64,000 nt of DNA, from positions 145,444 through 209,443 of IMG/VR virus record IMGVR_UViG_3300043446_003193, one strand, 5' to 3'. The notes beneath the pieces are model-generated. The model was not told where the DNA came from. It was given only the letters and a program-made list of their open reading frames with translations, and ran no database searches. Positions 1 to 9,216 of the stretch are shown piece after piece. Positions within the stretch are counted from its first letter, which is position 1. Every line of letters begins with the position of its first letter. Made by a program: the position numbers and the translations under genes.

Positions 1-206
1 TTTGTAGATGCTGTAAATGATGCGGTATAATTTTCTAATGAAGTTAATCTTTGATCATCTAATGTATTTATACTATCTTTTACTGCATTACTAACAACAC
101 TTAATCCCAATTTATAGGTCGTACCTCTATCAATACCCACTATTTGAGTTTCAAGTGATGCACTTGTGAGTGGTATTAGTTGCGATATTCTTTTTCCTTG
201 ACTCAT
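1..206 (-). CDS. Partial CDS (runs off left edge), probable virion/fibre protein, MSQGKRISQLIPLTSASLETQ...
   Basis: Manual translation: ATG at 206-204, 1 nt after the stop of 208..837, open to position 1; K-R-I-S-Q-L N-terminus is common in phage fibre proteins. Confidence 0.6.
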   Translation of the reverse strand, partial: MSQGKRISQLIPLTSASLETQIVGIDRGTTYKLGLSVVSNAVKDSINTLDDQRLTSLENYTASFTAST

Positions 207-207
207 T

Positions 208-837
208 TTATAATATTATTTCTTCATCATTTTCGGTTAATATATTGATATTATCTTCCGTATCTAATATAAATTGTACAAATTTACCTTTTACATAAAT
301 ATTTGTCTTATTTTTATTAGTTTCATCAATTCCAATAAATTCATTAATTATTAAATGAACTCCTGTTTCGGATTGTTCAAAACTAAGATAAGTTGGTGTT
401 CTAACTCCATTAACATATACATCAAAATTTGCTTCATATAATTCAGTAACCGCCTGTATATAAACATTATTAAAAGTTAATCTAATCCTTCTGTCATCTA
501 AAATATCAATATAATCTGGTTGACGAAATATCCAGTTTGCTGTAATATCTAATATTTCATCTCTAAATCCTAAAACTAAATCCTTTTCACTTCTTTTAAT
601 AGTAGTCGGAATTAACGCTTGACGAGTTTTAGAATTAAATGTTTTTCTGCTTCTACTATCAAATGATGTTTCATAATCATAAGTTTGAACCGATGCCAAA
701 CTTCCAGAAAATGTTTCCCCTTGAATTTTTAAATCATTTGCAAGTTTGTCAATAAAAGATGCACCTGGTATTTTATTAATATCAGTTTTAGGTACTACCT
801 TATCTAATTTTCTTGTATTTGAATTAAATATTTTCAT
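208..837 (-). CDS. Hypothetical virion-associated protein
   Basis: 209-aa ORF coupled to neck genes; VYVNG strand similar to the C-terminal domain of 1160..2260. Confidence 0.5.
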   Translation of the reverse strand: MKIFNSNTRKLDKVVPKTDINKIPGASFIDKLANDLKIQGETFSGSLASVQTYDYETSFDSRSRKTFNSKTRQALIPTTIKRSEKDLVLGFRDEILDITANWIFRQPDYIDILDDRRIRLTFNNVYIQAVTELYEANFDVYVNGVRTPTYLSFEQSETGVHLIINEFIGIDETNKNKTNIYVKGKFVQFILDTEDNINILTENDEEIIL

Positions 838-1160
838 TACCCTCTATATTCTACGTCTGCAGAAAGATATACTTTATCTCTTTCGTTTAGAACGTATGGA
901 AAATTTGATTTTTTAAATTTTATATTAACACCATCTGAACTTTCTTCAATAAGATAATCTACTGGATTGATTATTACGGTATTTATGTAAACTAAAATTC
1001 TATTTTCGTTTTTTTGTCTTTTTATTTCTCTTAAATAGAGTTTAAAAAACCAAAATTTTGCAACAAAAGTATAATAAGTTTCATCAACACTTTTAAATGT
1101 ACAAAGTGCTTGATTATCGGTATTGTAGGTATTAACCATATCCAAAAAACTATTCTTCAT
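837..1160 (-). CDS. Hypothetical protein
   Basis: 107-aa ORF, 1-nt stop/start overlaps on both sides. Confidence 0.5.
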   Translation of the reverse strand: MKNSFLDMVNTYNTDNQALCTFKSVDETYYTFVAKFWFFKLYLREIKRQKNENRILVYINTVIINPVDYLIEESSDGVNIKFKKSNFPYVLNERDKVYLSADVEYRG

Positions 1161-2260
1161 TATAAATCAATAAATTTACCTATTATTGCAACTTCATAAC
1201 CAGTAGTTTCTACATTATATCCTAAAACTCCACTATCAAATGTTATTGTTAAATTATTTCCTGTTATTAATTTTGAATACGCGCCAACTTCCTCATATAC
1301 TCTAATACCATTTATATAAACTTTCAAATTATCGTTATTACCAACGGTTGATGAAAGGATTGACGGTACTGGTATAAATTTAATATCAGAAGTTATAAAA
1401 ATATTTTGTGCACTTGCTGTTAATATTTTTGAATTATTAAGATTTAACCAATCAATTATATCTTTATTATCATAATATGGTGATGGTTTTGTTAGCACTC
1501 CTTCTAATCTTCCGTTTCCTGTTACATCCGTTTCGGTAGTAATAACTACTTTCTTTGTAGACATTGATTTTTTAATAGTTGATTGTTCATCAAACTTTTC
1601 AGGAAGTAAATATGCTTTTACATTAAGATTGAATTCTACTCTATTGATTCTTTCAGTACCTTCACCAACTTCATTTACAACATTGAACTCAGATACTTCT
1701 GTTCTAAATTTAAAACGGTCTTTATCTCCCCAATATTGTCCAGTATAGTTTAATTGTTCAATTACCTGATTTAATTGTTCAGTAAAGTTTGTCCAACCCA
1801 TACATTCATAATTCACTTCCACATATTCTGGCATTTGAATTTTATAAATTTCGTATTTAGGTTTTGAAGTTGTACCTAATAATGTAAAACGGTCGTATCT
1901 ATTATCTTTTGAATATTTTGTTACTCCTTGATATGAAACGTGTCTTTTTAACATCGGCATTGCTTCATCTTTTGCAATTGACGTTCTTCTAATCATCAAT
2001 AATGGTAATTGTATTTTACCATGTATGTCTCTAAAAACACCTTGTCTTCTTGCACCATTCCATCTTTCCGAATTACCATATATTACAGGTATTTTTAACG
2101 CTTTACCATTATCATCTAATGTTGGTAAAACAGTATCTTCTAAATAAGACATCATTGCATAATCAATATCAAAGAGAGATACACTTTGTTTAAAGTCTCC
2201 TTTGTTTGATTTTAGTTGATTTCCCCTATTTAATGTTTCTTTTAATGGATTTGTAGACAT
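1160..2260 (-). CDS. Tail terminator / sheath stabiliser, T4 gp15-like, with extra C-terminal domain
   Basis: KIPVIYG..ERW, KIQLPLLMIRR, P.YV.VNYE motifs; follows gp13/gp14-like genes. Confidence 0.6.
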   Translation of the reverse strand: MSTNPLKETLNRGNQLKSNKGDFKQSVSLFDIDYAMMSYLEDTVLPTLDDNGKALKIPVIYGNSERWNGARRQGVFRDIHGKIQLPLLMIRRTSIAKDEAMPMLKRHVSYQGVTKYSKDNRYDRFTLLGTTSKPKYEIYKIQMPEYVEVNYECMGWTNFTEQLNQVIEQLNYTGQYWGDKDRFKFRTEVSEFNVVNEVGEGTERINRVEFNLNVKAYLLPEKFDEQSTIKKSMSTKKVVITTETDVTGNGRLEGVLTKPSPYYDNKDIIDWLNLNNSKILTASAQNIFITSDIKFIPVPSILSSTVGNNDNLKVYINGIRVYEEVGAYSKLITGNNLTITFDSGVLGYNVETTGYEVAIIGKFIDL

Positions 2261-2261
2261 T

Positions 2262-2717
2262 TTAGTTTATTCTTTCTTCTATGTTAAGATTTGATTTAGA
2301 TACCATAAATGTTTGACAAACAACACTAAAATTATTACCAGGTTGTCCACCTACTAATTGTACTTCGGTTGTATTATCAATCTCATAGTATGCTGTATTG
2401 AAATAAATGATATCACCTATTTCTGGATATATTCCTTTTTCTTCTAACATCCATCTATCCAATTTGAATGTTACATTTTGATCAGTTTCGGCTCCAAATC
2501 CTTCGTATCTAGCAGTTTCTGGATCTTTGTTAATTAAAGCAAATACTTCTACACCAGGATGCCAGGTTTTGTTTATAGATTCTCCATAAATGTTTACCTT
2601 TGTTTCATTTAAATTAATTTTAAATAAAACAACTTTATTTTGAACTACATCGTCTACTACTTCTCTAGCAAGACTTTTAAATAATTCTATATCTCTACCT
2701 ACTAAAAATTTTGGCAT
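2262..2717 (-). CDS. Neck / head-closure protein, T4 gp14-like
   Basis: NIYGES and P.IGDIIYF...YYEI motifs; synteny between gp13- and gp15-like genes. Confidence 0.6.
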   Translation of the reverse strand: MPKFLVGRDIELFKSLAREVVDDVVQNKVVLFKINLNETKVNIYGESINKTWHPGVEVFALINKDPETARYEGFGAETDQNVTFKLDRWMLEEKGIYPEIGDIIYFNTAYYEIDNTTEVQLVGGQPGNNFSVVCQTFMVSKSNLNIEERIN

Positions 2718-2718
2718 A

Positions 2719-3915
2719 TTATCCTACATATAATTTTAAAGGAACTTTTCTTAACATTTCTTGGTGGTGATTTGATTCATGCGCTTGTTTTTCAAACACA
2801 TTCTTTCTACTCATCTCTTCTAAATTTTCTCTTAATTGCGTTACTAATAAATCTTTTTCCACTTGTGCTTCTGCTCTTAACGCTGCACCATCCAATGCAA
2901 TTTCTCCATCTGGAATAGGAACAGAGGAATATTTTTCTCTAATAGCTCCTAATAATTCTTTAGATAATGCAAGAGTATATTTTCTAATCCATTGTTTACC
3001 CACATCATTAATATTTGAATACTGAATAAAATCATATGGAATATCAGAATAATCAGAAAGTGAATCGGCTTGAATTGTTTGAGAATCATGTTCAAATTCA
3101 TCTCTACTCATATATTCAAAATAAACTCTATTCATTCCTGTTCCAGTTGGTACTGGAAATATTTCTAATTTATTATCTACAATATTAAATGTATGTGCAG
3201 ATTTTCTTATGTGATCATTAAATTCAATTTGTTGCATTCTTAGAACATCTTCATATAAAGGCATCATTAAGAATTGTGCTGCAGGTGAGTAGTTACCAAA
3301 TCCTAATTCTGAAATTAAGTTTAGAGTACCTTGTGCACCAACTGAATATGGGTCAAAGAAACGAGTGATAGCAGGAATTGCTTCGTGATATACTCTGGTT
3401 ACATCTATTGTTGAACTTCCTGAAAACAATGTTTGAAAAGATGAAGAAGTTTCAACATCTATTGCCTGTTTCATAATATCATATATCTGAACTGATGCGG
3501 TTAAATCAACATATGCTTTCTTTATTGCGGTAGAACCACCCACACCCGCTTGAGTTCCGTATTGTTGTGCCATACGAATCGCAGTAGGAAGAAATGAACC
3601 ATCAACAAGTGTTTGAGAAAAATTTGAAACTTTTCCCTTTGGTTGGCCTCTTAAAATATCAAGATTATTACGAAGGTTAAATTGATTTACTTGAGAAGAA
3701 TATTCTGAAGTTGCTTCTTCAAAACAAGCCCAAATTTGTTCATTTTCCAATTCAATATTTACAATTGGATAACCTAATCTTTTTGCTACCCAAGTTGCAG
3801 TTTTTGGTGCATCTAATCTAAATTCGCTATCGGAATCGTATAATCCAAAAGGAGTTGATGAACCTGATATAAATGAGCCAGATATTGAACCAGACCAATA
3901 AGTGTTTGCAGACAT
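2719..3915 (-). CDS. Neck / head-tail adaptor, T4 gp13-like
   Basis: RLGYPIVNIEL, WIRKYTLALSKELLG.IREKYS.VPIPDG..ALDG motifs; directly downstream of the capsid gene. Confidence 0.75.
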   Translation of the reverse strand: MSANTYWSGSISGSFISGSSTPFGLYDSDSEFRLDAPKTATWVAKRLGYPIVNIELENEQIWACFEEATSEYSSQVNQFNLRNNLDILRGQPKGKVSNFSQTLVDGSFLPTAIRMAQQYGTQAGVGGSTAIKKAYVDLTASVQIYDIMKQAIDVETSSSFQTLFSGSSTIDVTRVYHEAIPAITRFFDPYSVGAQGTLNLISELGFGNYSPAAQFLMMPLYEDVLRMQQIEFNDHIRKSAHTFNIVDNKLEIFPVPTGTGMNRVYFEYMSRDEFEHDSQTIQADSLSDYSDIPYDFIQYSNINDVGKQWIRKYTLALSKELLGAIREKYSSVPIPDGEIALDGAALRAEAQVEKDLLVTQLRENLEEMSRKNVFEKQAHESNHHQEMLRKVPLKLYVG

Positions 3916-3941
3916 AATAAAAATTTATAGTTTTATACTAC

Positions 3942-3950
3942 TATAAATAT
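3942..3950 (-). promoter_or_regulatory. Late-promoter-like motif ATATTTATA (one of about 15 copies)
   Basis: Recurrent intergenic motif upstream of structural genes; see findings. Confidence 0.65.
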
Positions 3951-3952
3951 AG

Positions 3953-3988
3953 AAATAAAAAAAGAGGAGATATTTCTACCCCCTCTTT
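3953..3988 (-). terminator. Rho-independent terminator after the major capsid gene
   Basis: Minus strand AAAGAGGGGG-TAGAAATA-TCTCCTCTTT stem (with G-U pairs) followed by a U tract. Confidence 0.8.
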
Positions 3989-4014
3989 CTTTTTATTACT
4001 CTAATCCGTTAAGA

Positions 4015-5640
4015 TTATAAAGTGTTTAAACCGTTTACGATAATCTTACCGTAGAATTCTGGTCTAACGATCTTCTTAGCGTAACGAGTCATAACTCCTC
4101 TTCTTGGAGTGAAGTTAGTTGGATCGTACACTAAAGGAGTCATAATCAATGGAACATATGGAGCGTATACAGCACCTGTCTCAAAGAAGTTAGAACCTTT
4201 AAATCCTAATAAGATAACGTTCTCAGTCATGTATGGGTTTTTGTAAACATCATATCTGTTAGAGATAGAACCGATGTTAGTTACACCTGCAGCAAATTGT
4301 AAAGCATCTTTACCAGGATTTGCAGAGAAACCGTTCATTGATTCCAAAATAGTTGCAACGTTTGGAGATACTACTACGAAGTTAGCACCACCTCTCATTG
4401 TTAACTGATGGATTTTGTTAGATACCTTTTGTAATTTGATACCTAAAGTTTGATACCAAGTACTCTTAGTGTATGCAGAAGCAGCTGCTGCGTTAGAATC
4501 TACCGCGAATGCTCCAGTTGCACTATTGTAATCGTATCCAACTCTTGCATCCCAATAATCAGTTGTGAATGCGTTTTGTTGTAACATTTCTAAGATTTCC
4601 AAATCAATTTCTAAAGAAATGTACTCAGATAACATTTGAGTTAACTCAGCTTCAGCGTCTACACTATGGTAAGCATTTAAGTCTTGAGCTAATTCAGGAG
4701 TCCAAATTGCTTTCAACTTACGAGTCTTAGCAACGATTGGTTCTGATTTCAATTCTAATTCAATTTCTGGAATGTCTAAGTTTGAACCTTTATCTTCAAA
4801 GTCACCTCTGTTTTCAGCAGATGGTTGCTTATGATAAGATAATGTAGCACCACCAGCACTTACACCACCTGCAGATCCTGTACCGTAGAATTCTACTGAA
4901 GTACCATTGATCTTAGTGTATTTAGGATAGTAGTTGTTAGCTGTGATAGAACCAGATTGTAAGATTTCAAATGCTCTTACACCGTTCCAATCAGCATCAG
5001 TTGGTAAAGTTACAGTTACTTTTTTGATACCACCAGCTGCTAAAGAAGCAGATAAGTCAGCGTCAAAATTGATATCAGCCCAAGATGCAGTTGCAACTGT
5101 TGCGTCTAACGCTGCTGATGTATCGTTGATTGTATAACCAAATCTTCCAGCTCCGTAAAGACCACCTTCAGCAACTTGAGTAGAACCCAATTTGTTACCG
5201 TGAGATGCTTCAGAGTTGTAAGTTAAGTTATCCTTACCGAAAGTACCACCTTTACCGAATAATGAATTACCGTTAAAGTCTGGGTTACCAGCTTGTGAAG
5301 TACCATATTTGAAGTCCATGTAGAAAATAAGACCTGAAGGTAAGTTCATAGGTTGTACTGAAACGAATTCTTTAGCTGCGATAGAACCGAAGATTCTTCT
5401 TACTAAAGGTAACGCAACACCAGCCCATTCTTCAGAACCTGCTGAAGTACCTGTTCTTGTAGCCTCATCCAATAATTGCTTAGCTTGGTTTTCTAACATT
5501 ACTGCCATACCATGCTTAGTAGTTTCTGAACCTACTCCTTCAAGTAAGCCAGTTTTTTCCCATTTGCTTTTCAAACCTCTAGTTTGCTCAAGCATTACGC
5601 TCTGTGGGTTAGCGCCTGTCATTAATTTTTTTAAGTCCAT
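4015..5640 (-). CDS. gp23: Major capsid protein, T4 gp23 family
   Basis: LPLVRR, VQPMNLPSGLIF, AKTRKLKA.WTPELAQDL.AYH, YAPYVPL, F.PRRGVMTRYA motifs; probable maturation site LLDE/A near residue 59. Confidence 0.97.
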   Translation of the reverse strand: MDLKKLMTGANPQSVMLEQTRGLKSKWEKTGLLEGVGSETTKHGMAVMLENQAKQLLDEATRTGTSAGSEEWAGVALPLVRRIFGSIAAKEFVSVQPMNLPSGLIFYMDFKYGTSQAGNPDFNGNSLFGKGGTFGKDNLTYNSEASHGNKLGSTQVAEGGLYGAGRFGYTINDTSAALDATVATASWADINFDADLSASLAAGGIKKVTVTLPTDADWNGVRAFEILQSGSITANNYYPKYTKINGTSVEFYGTGSAGGVSAGGATLSYHKQPSAENRGDFEDKGSNLDIPEIELELKSEPIVAKTRKLKAIWTPELAQDLNAYHSVDAEAELTQMLSEYISLEIDLEILEMLQQNAFTTDYWDARVGYDYNSATGAFAVDSNAAAASAYTKSTWYQTLGIKLQKVSNKIHQLTMRGGANFVVVSPNVATILESMNGFSANPGKDALQFAAGVTNIGSISNRYDVYKNPYMTENVILLGFKGSNFFETGAVYAPYVPLIMTPLVYDPTNFTPRRGVMTRYAKKIVRPEFYGKIIVNGLNTL

Positions 5641-5663
5641 TGTATGTACTTTTAATTGTTTGT

Positions 5664-6881
5664 TTATTTAATAATACCTGCTAATTTCTTAAATCTGTCA
5701 GAAAAATCAGCTGATTCAGCAATTACTTGCTTAGCTGCTGCTGGCTTAGTAGATTTTACTGCTTTGCTAGCGATTCCTTCAGAAATAGATTTTTTAGTAG
5801 ATTTGTTAGATGAAGAATATTTGAAATTCTCTGCTAATGTAGAGTAAACCAATTTAACTTCTCTAACTGATTTTGTTCTATCCAAAGTTTCAATCACTTT
5901 AACTTTTTGTTCGTTAGTCATGTTGTGTGCTCTGAATAATTTGTTAGCGAATAACAACTTAGCGTTCAATAAGTTCACTTCGTTGATTGTTTTTTGTAAA
6001 GACTTGATAGTTTTGTAAGCTTCGTTAAGTTCTTTTTCTTTTTCTTCTTCTTCAGCTTCGTCAACTTTCTCTTTATCGTCTTTCATATCCGCTTCCATTT
6101 CACGTAAGATTTCTTCTAAATCAACAACGTCTTTGTCATCTTCTTTAGATTCTTCTTCGTTGGTTACAACCACTTTAGGGTCTTCACCTTTGTCTGTACC
6201 TGCTTCAGAACCATCTGCTAAATTTTCGTTTTTAGCTTCTTCATCTTCTTCAGCTTCGTACATAGGTTTTTCTTCTTCTTCAGAATCTTCACCTTCTAAT
6301 TGAGCTTCTAATTCTCTGATGATAGCTTCTAAGTCCATGTCATCTTCTGTTTCTTCTTCTTCAGAACCAGTTACGTCATAGTCTTCACCATCTTCTTCTC
6401 CTGTCTCATCCGCACCCGCAGTAAATGCTGGTAATTCTTCTTCAGAATCTTCTCCTTCTAATTCTGCTAATCTAGCTTTTAATTGAGCGATTTCGTCTTG
6501 TTTTGCAACTTCGTCATCACCAGCTTGATCATCAGCGAAAGGATTTTCTTCTTCAGAGATATCTGCTACCTTTTTGAAATCATCAACTTGTGCACCTGGT
6601 TCGCCAGATGTTGTTTCAGTTGAACCTGCTTCAAATTCAGTATCAGCGTCTAATGTAGGATTAGATGTAGATGCACCAATGTTTGATGAATCTAATTCTT
6701 CGTCAACTTTTTCAGCTTCTTTATCTTCAGCTTCAGCTTCTGCTCTTAACTTTGCAGATAAGATAGATTGAAGTCTTGGAGTGAAAGCCTCTTCAAGTGC
6801 GATTTTTGCGTTTGCTAAAGCAGTTTCTTTTACAGCTTTGGCATCAGCGATTGCTTCTTTCAATAATTTTGAATTTGCCAT
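5664..6881 (-). CDS. Prohead core scaffolding protein (gp22-like)
   Basis: Very acidic E/D-rich coiled coil directly upstream of the capsid gene; C-terminal RFKKLAGI. Confidence 0.8.
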   Translation of the reverse strand: MANSKLLKEAIADAKAVKETALANAKIALEEAFTPRLQSILSAKLRAEAEAEDKEAEKVDEELDSSNIGASTSNPTLDADTEFEAGSTETTSGEPGAQVDDFKKVADISEEENPFADDQAGDDEVAKQDEIAQLKARLAELEGEDSEEELPAFTAGADETGEEDGEDYDVTGSEEEETEDDMDLEAIIRELEAQLEGEDSEEEEKPMYEAEEDEEAKNENLADGSEAGTDKGEDPKVVVTNEEESKEDDKDVVDLEEILREMEADMKDDKEKVDEAEEEEKEKELNEAYKTIKSLQKTINEVNLLNAKLLFANKLFRAHNMTNEQKVKVIETLDRTKSVREVKLVYSTLAENFKYSSSNKSTKKSISEGIASKAVKSTKPAAAKQVIAESADFSDRFKKLAGIIK

Positions 6882-7028
6882 CTTTTTTCCTTAAATTTTG
6901 TTGTGAAGTTATTCTTGTAGGGAACTCCAATGTAATTATGTTGATTGTTCGGTCACACCTTATAAGAGAAGGGTATTCATTAACCAACGATGTCTTGTAA
7001 TCTTATAATAAAAATAAGATATTTGAGA
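6882..7028 (-). other. Long (~145 nt) structured 5' leader of the scaffold-capsid operon with Shine-Dalgarno TAAGGA
   Basis: Unusually long intergenic gap; hairpins ATCTTAT/ATAAGAT (7000-7020) and GTTGGTT/AATCAAC enclosing TACCCTT/AAGGTG; AAGGA 6 nt before the ATG. Confidence 0.5.
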
Positions 7029-7036
7029 ATAAATAT
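7029..7036 (-). promoter_or_regulatory. Late-promoter-like motif ATATTTAT for the scaffold-capsid operon
   Basis: Same motif as upstream of other structural genes. Confidence 0.65.
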
Positions 7037-7046
7037 ATAAAATTTT

Positions 7047-7066
7047 TAGAAAACTAAAGAAAATTA
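7047..7066. repeat. Operator-like 2x10-bp direct repeat TAGAAAACTA-AAGAAAATTA
   Basis: 19/20 identical to 34131-34150 upstream of the RHH gene. Confidence 0.7.
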
Positions 7067-7243
7067 GTGATTATACTTATTTTTTCTTATAGTTTCTTCT
7101 TTTTGTAACCTTTTTTTAATAGAAGGTTTAGTAAAGTTCTTTCTTTCTCTAAGTTCTTCTATTTGTTTTATGGACTGAACTTTCTTTTTATATTCCTTTA
7201 ATGCCCACTCTATGTTTCCGTTTTTCACGTTAACTATTAACAT
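7064..7243 (-). CDS. rpsU: Phage-encoded 30S ribosomal protein bS21 (59 aa, absent from the ORF track)
   Basis: Manual translation MLIVNVKNGNIEWALKEYKKKVQSIKQIEELRERKNFTKPSIKKRLQKEETIRKNKYNH; NIE.ALK..K.K and LR.R..F.KPS..R are bS21 signatures; MLI start resembles Bacteroidota bS21. Confidence 0.92.
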   Translation of the reverse strand: MLIVNVKNGNIEWALKEYKKKVQSIKQIEELRERKNFTKPSIKKRLQKEETIRKNKYNH

Positions 7244-7249
7244 AACTAA

Positions 7250-7549
7250 TTAATATGGTGTTTGATATTCCAATTGTTTTTTTAATTCTCTTTCGTATTC
7301 CTTTTCAATTTTATCTAAATCATCTTTAGCAGATTTAATATCTTCTTGATGTTTTTTTAATTGATAAAGATATTGGTTTTTTCTATCTTCGTTTTGTTCA
7401 TCAAAATATGCTTTACTCATCATTTTTTGACGAGTTGTTAATCCTTCATATTTTCTTATAGCATCAATGTATGCAGATGATGCTTTTCTAAAACCGGCTC
7501 TTATTTTAACTGCTTCTTCTTTTAAAGGAATTAGATTTATTAGTTTCAT
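7250..7549 (-). CDS. Hypothetical, putative internal head protein
   Basis: N-terminal KLINLIPLKEE shared in part with 8346..8624; head module. Confidence 0.5.
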   Translation of the reverse strand: MKLINLIPLKEEAVKIRAGFRKASSAYIDAIRKYEGLTTRQKMMSKAYFDEQNEDRKNQYLYQLKKHQEDIKSAKDDLDKIEKEYERELKKQLEYQTPY

Positions 7550-7920
7550 TATTGTAAATTAACTAATTTATATTTTGTAGAATATAATAAAGTTACAATC
7601 GTATCAATATCGTTTTGTAACCAACTCATTTGTAACTTTTCATCTTTTCTTAATTTCTCAACTGCTTTACAAAGTTTTTCAAAATAAGAAATTATATTTT
7701 TGATATCATTGTTAGTATCAATACCACTTACTGGTTGAACTTTGATTAATCCGTACTGTCCTTGATATGCTTCCACTAATCCATCTACTAATCCACCAAT
7801 TGAATCGTAATATGTACCTAAAGCCAAATGAGCAGATAATGCACCAACACCTTTAACTCCCCAATGGAAAGCATGTGCTTGTGTTCTACTGTGTAATAAT
7901 AATGATGCTAATTGTTCCAT
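7549..7920 (-). CDS. Dps/ferritin-like protein
   Basis: H..HW.V.G......H..L..YY.....VD.LVE pattern of Dps-type ferroxidase ligands. Confidence 0.7.
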   Translation of the reverse strand: MEQLASLLLHSRTQAHAFHWGVKGVGALSAHLALGTYYDSIGGLVDGLVEAYQGQYGLIKVQPVSGIDTNNDIKNIISYFEKLCKAVEKLRKDEKLQMSWLQNDIDTIVTLLYSTKYKLVNLQ

Positions 7921-8349
7921 TTATTTACAAGTTTTACATTCGTTAATTCCCAGTCTTTGTTTCATCACATCTTCAGAAATATCTGCTATTTCAAAATATC
8001 TTCCTAATACATGTCCCATATCTTCATAAAGAGCCTCTAATCTTTGTTGTTGTGCTCTAGCTTCTACTGCTTCCTTTTCAAATGAAGTTTGTAACTTTTT
8101 AAGTTCATTCATATTTCTCTTAATAGTTACTCTATCAAACCAATCTCCACCTTCTCTTAAAGTATATTCTTGTGCTGCATCTGCAATACCACCCAATGTT
8201 TCTGCAATTTGCATAATATCAGATTTTCTACTCATACCTTCTCTATGTTGGTTATATGTAGAAATTATTTCTAAGAAGTGTTTTTTTAATTCAGAAGGCA
8301 ATTGTTCTAATTGTTCTTCTTCTTTCAATAAATCTTTTAACTTTATCAT
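7921..8349 (-). CDS. Hypothetical, putative internal head protein
   Basis: N-terminal MIKLKDLLKEEE; coiled coil; head module. Confidence 0.5.
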   Translation of the reverse strand: MIKLKDLLKEEEQLEQLPSELKKHFLEIISTYNQHREGMSRKSDIMQIAETLGGIADAAQEYTLREGGDWFDRVTIKRNMNELKKLQTSFEKEAVEARAQQQRLEALYEDMGHVLGRYFEIADISEDVMKQRLGINECKTCK

Positions 8350-8624
8350 CTATGTACGATTTTATACTTTTTTAATCTTTGTACTGCCTGAGATAAGTCC
8401 TGTGGAGTCATATCTAATGCGTCTACTAATTTAGCAATAACTAATTGTTCTTTTTTTCTTGGTAAGTTATATGATTTAATAACTTGCAATGCTCTATCTA
8501 AAAATCTTTCTACTTTAGAAGGTAGATTAACATCCATATCTTCCAAATCTTCATTCATTTCTTCTTTTGAAAGAACTACTGCAGTTGTATAATTAGCCGG
8601 TATTAAGTTTATTAACTTTGCCAT
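8346..8624 (-). CDS. Hypothetical, putative internal head protein
   Basis: N-terminal KLINLIP...EEMNE. Confidence 0.5.
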   Translation of the reverse strand: MAKLINLIPANYTTAVVLSKEEMNEDLEDMDVNLPSKVERFLDRALQVIKSYNLPRKKEQLVIAKLVDALDMTPQDLSQAVQRLKKYKIVHR

Positions 8625-8625
8625 A

Positions 8626-9216
8626 TTAGTTTAATTCAATTATGATTTCTCTCATTAAATCCTGTGATTTACACCACTTACCACATTCTTCTGCCATCTG
8701 TTTCCATTGTTTAGATTCGTTCATTGGTGCCATAAATGCTCCATGTGTAGATGGATTAGAAACAAAATCCCAACCTACTAATTCAAAATCTTCTTGAACC
8801 ATTACAGTTCCATCTCTTAATTCTTTAACAGACCCTAAACCTCTTGATGAAATACCTAAACGAATATTATTCTTTAATAATTCTTTTAATATGTTACCAG
8901 ATGGAGTTGAAAGTATTTCTACTACACCACATACATCATCACCTTCCCAAAAAATTTCTCTAATATTGTGAGATACATTTTTTAAGTTAATTACTGGAGA
9001 ATCCGGATGGTCTAATTCACCCAACGCTCTTCTTTCTTTAATGAGTTGTTCGTATTTTTTACACTCTCTTTCCAATATTTCACGTGGATATCTTCTACCA
9101 TTTTGGTTTGCAGCCCCAGCTCTTTGAAGAATGCCCTTAACTAAATAAGTACCATTTTCTTCTTGTTGAAGTTTTGCTTCAAATAAGTGTGTTTCTATTA
9201 ATAGTCCTTTGTTCAT
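8626..9216 (-). CDS. gp21: Prohead core protease, T4 gp21 family
   Basis: N.NGRRYP, ALGELDHP, NVSH, TPSGNI, LGISSRGLGS, DFVSNPS motifs. Confidence 0.95.
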   Translation of the reverse strand: MNKGLLIETHLFEAKLQQEENGTYLVKGILQRAGAANQNGRRYPREILERECKKYEQLIKERRALGELDHPDSPVINLKNVSHNIREIFWEGDDVCGVVEILSTPSGNILKELLKNNIRLGISSRGLGSVKELRDGTVMVQEDFELVGWDFVSNPSTHGAFMAPMNESKQWKQMAEECGKWCKSQDLMREIIIELN

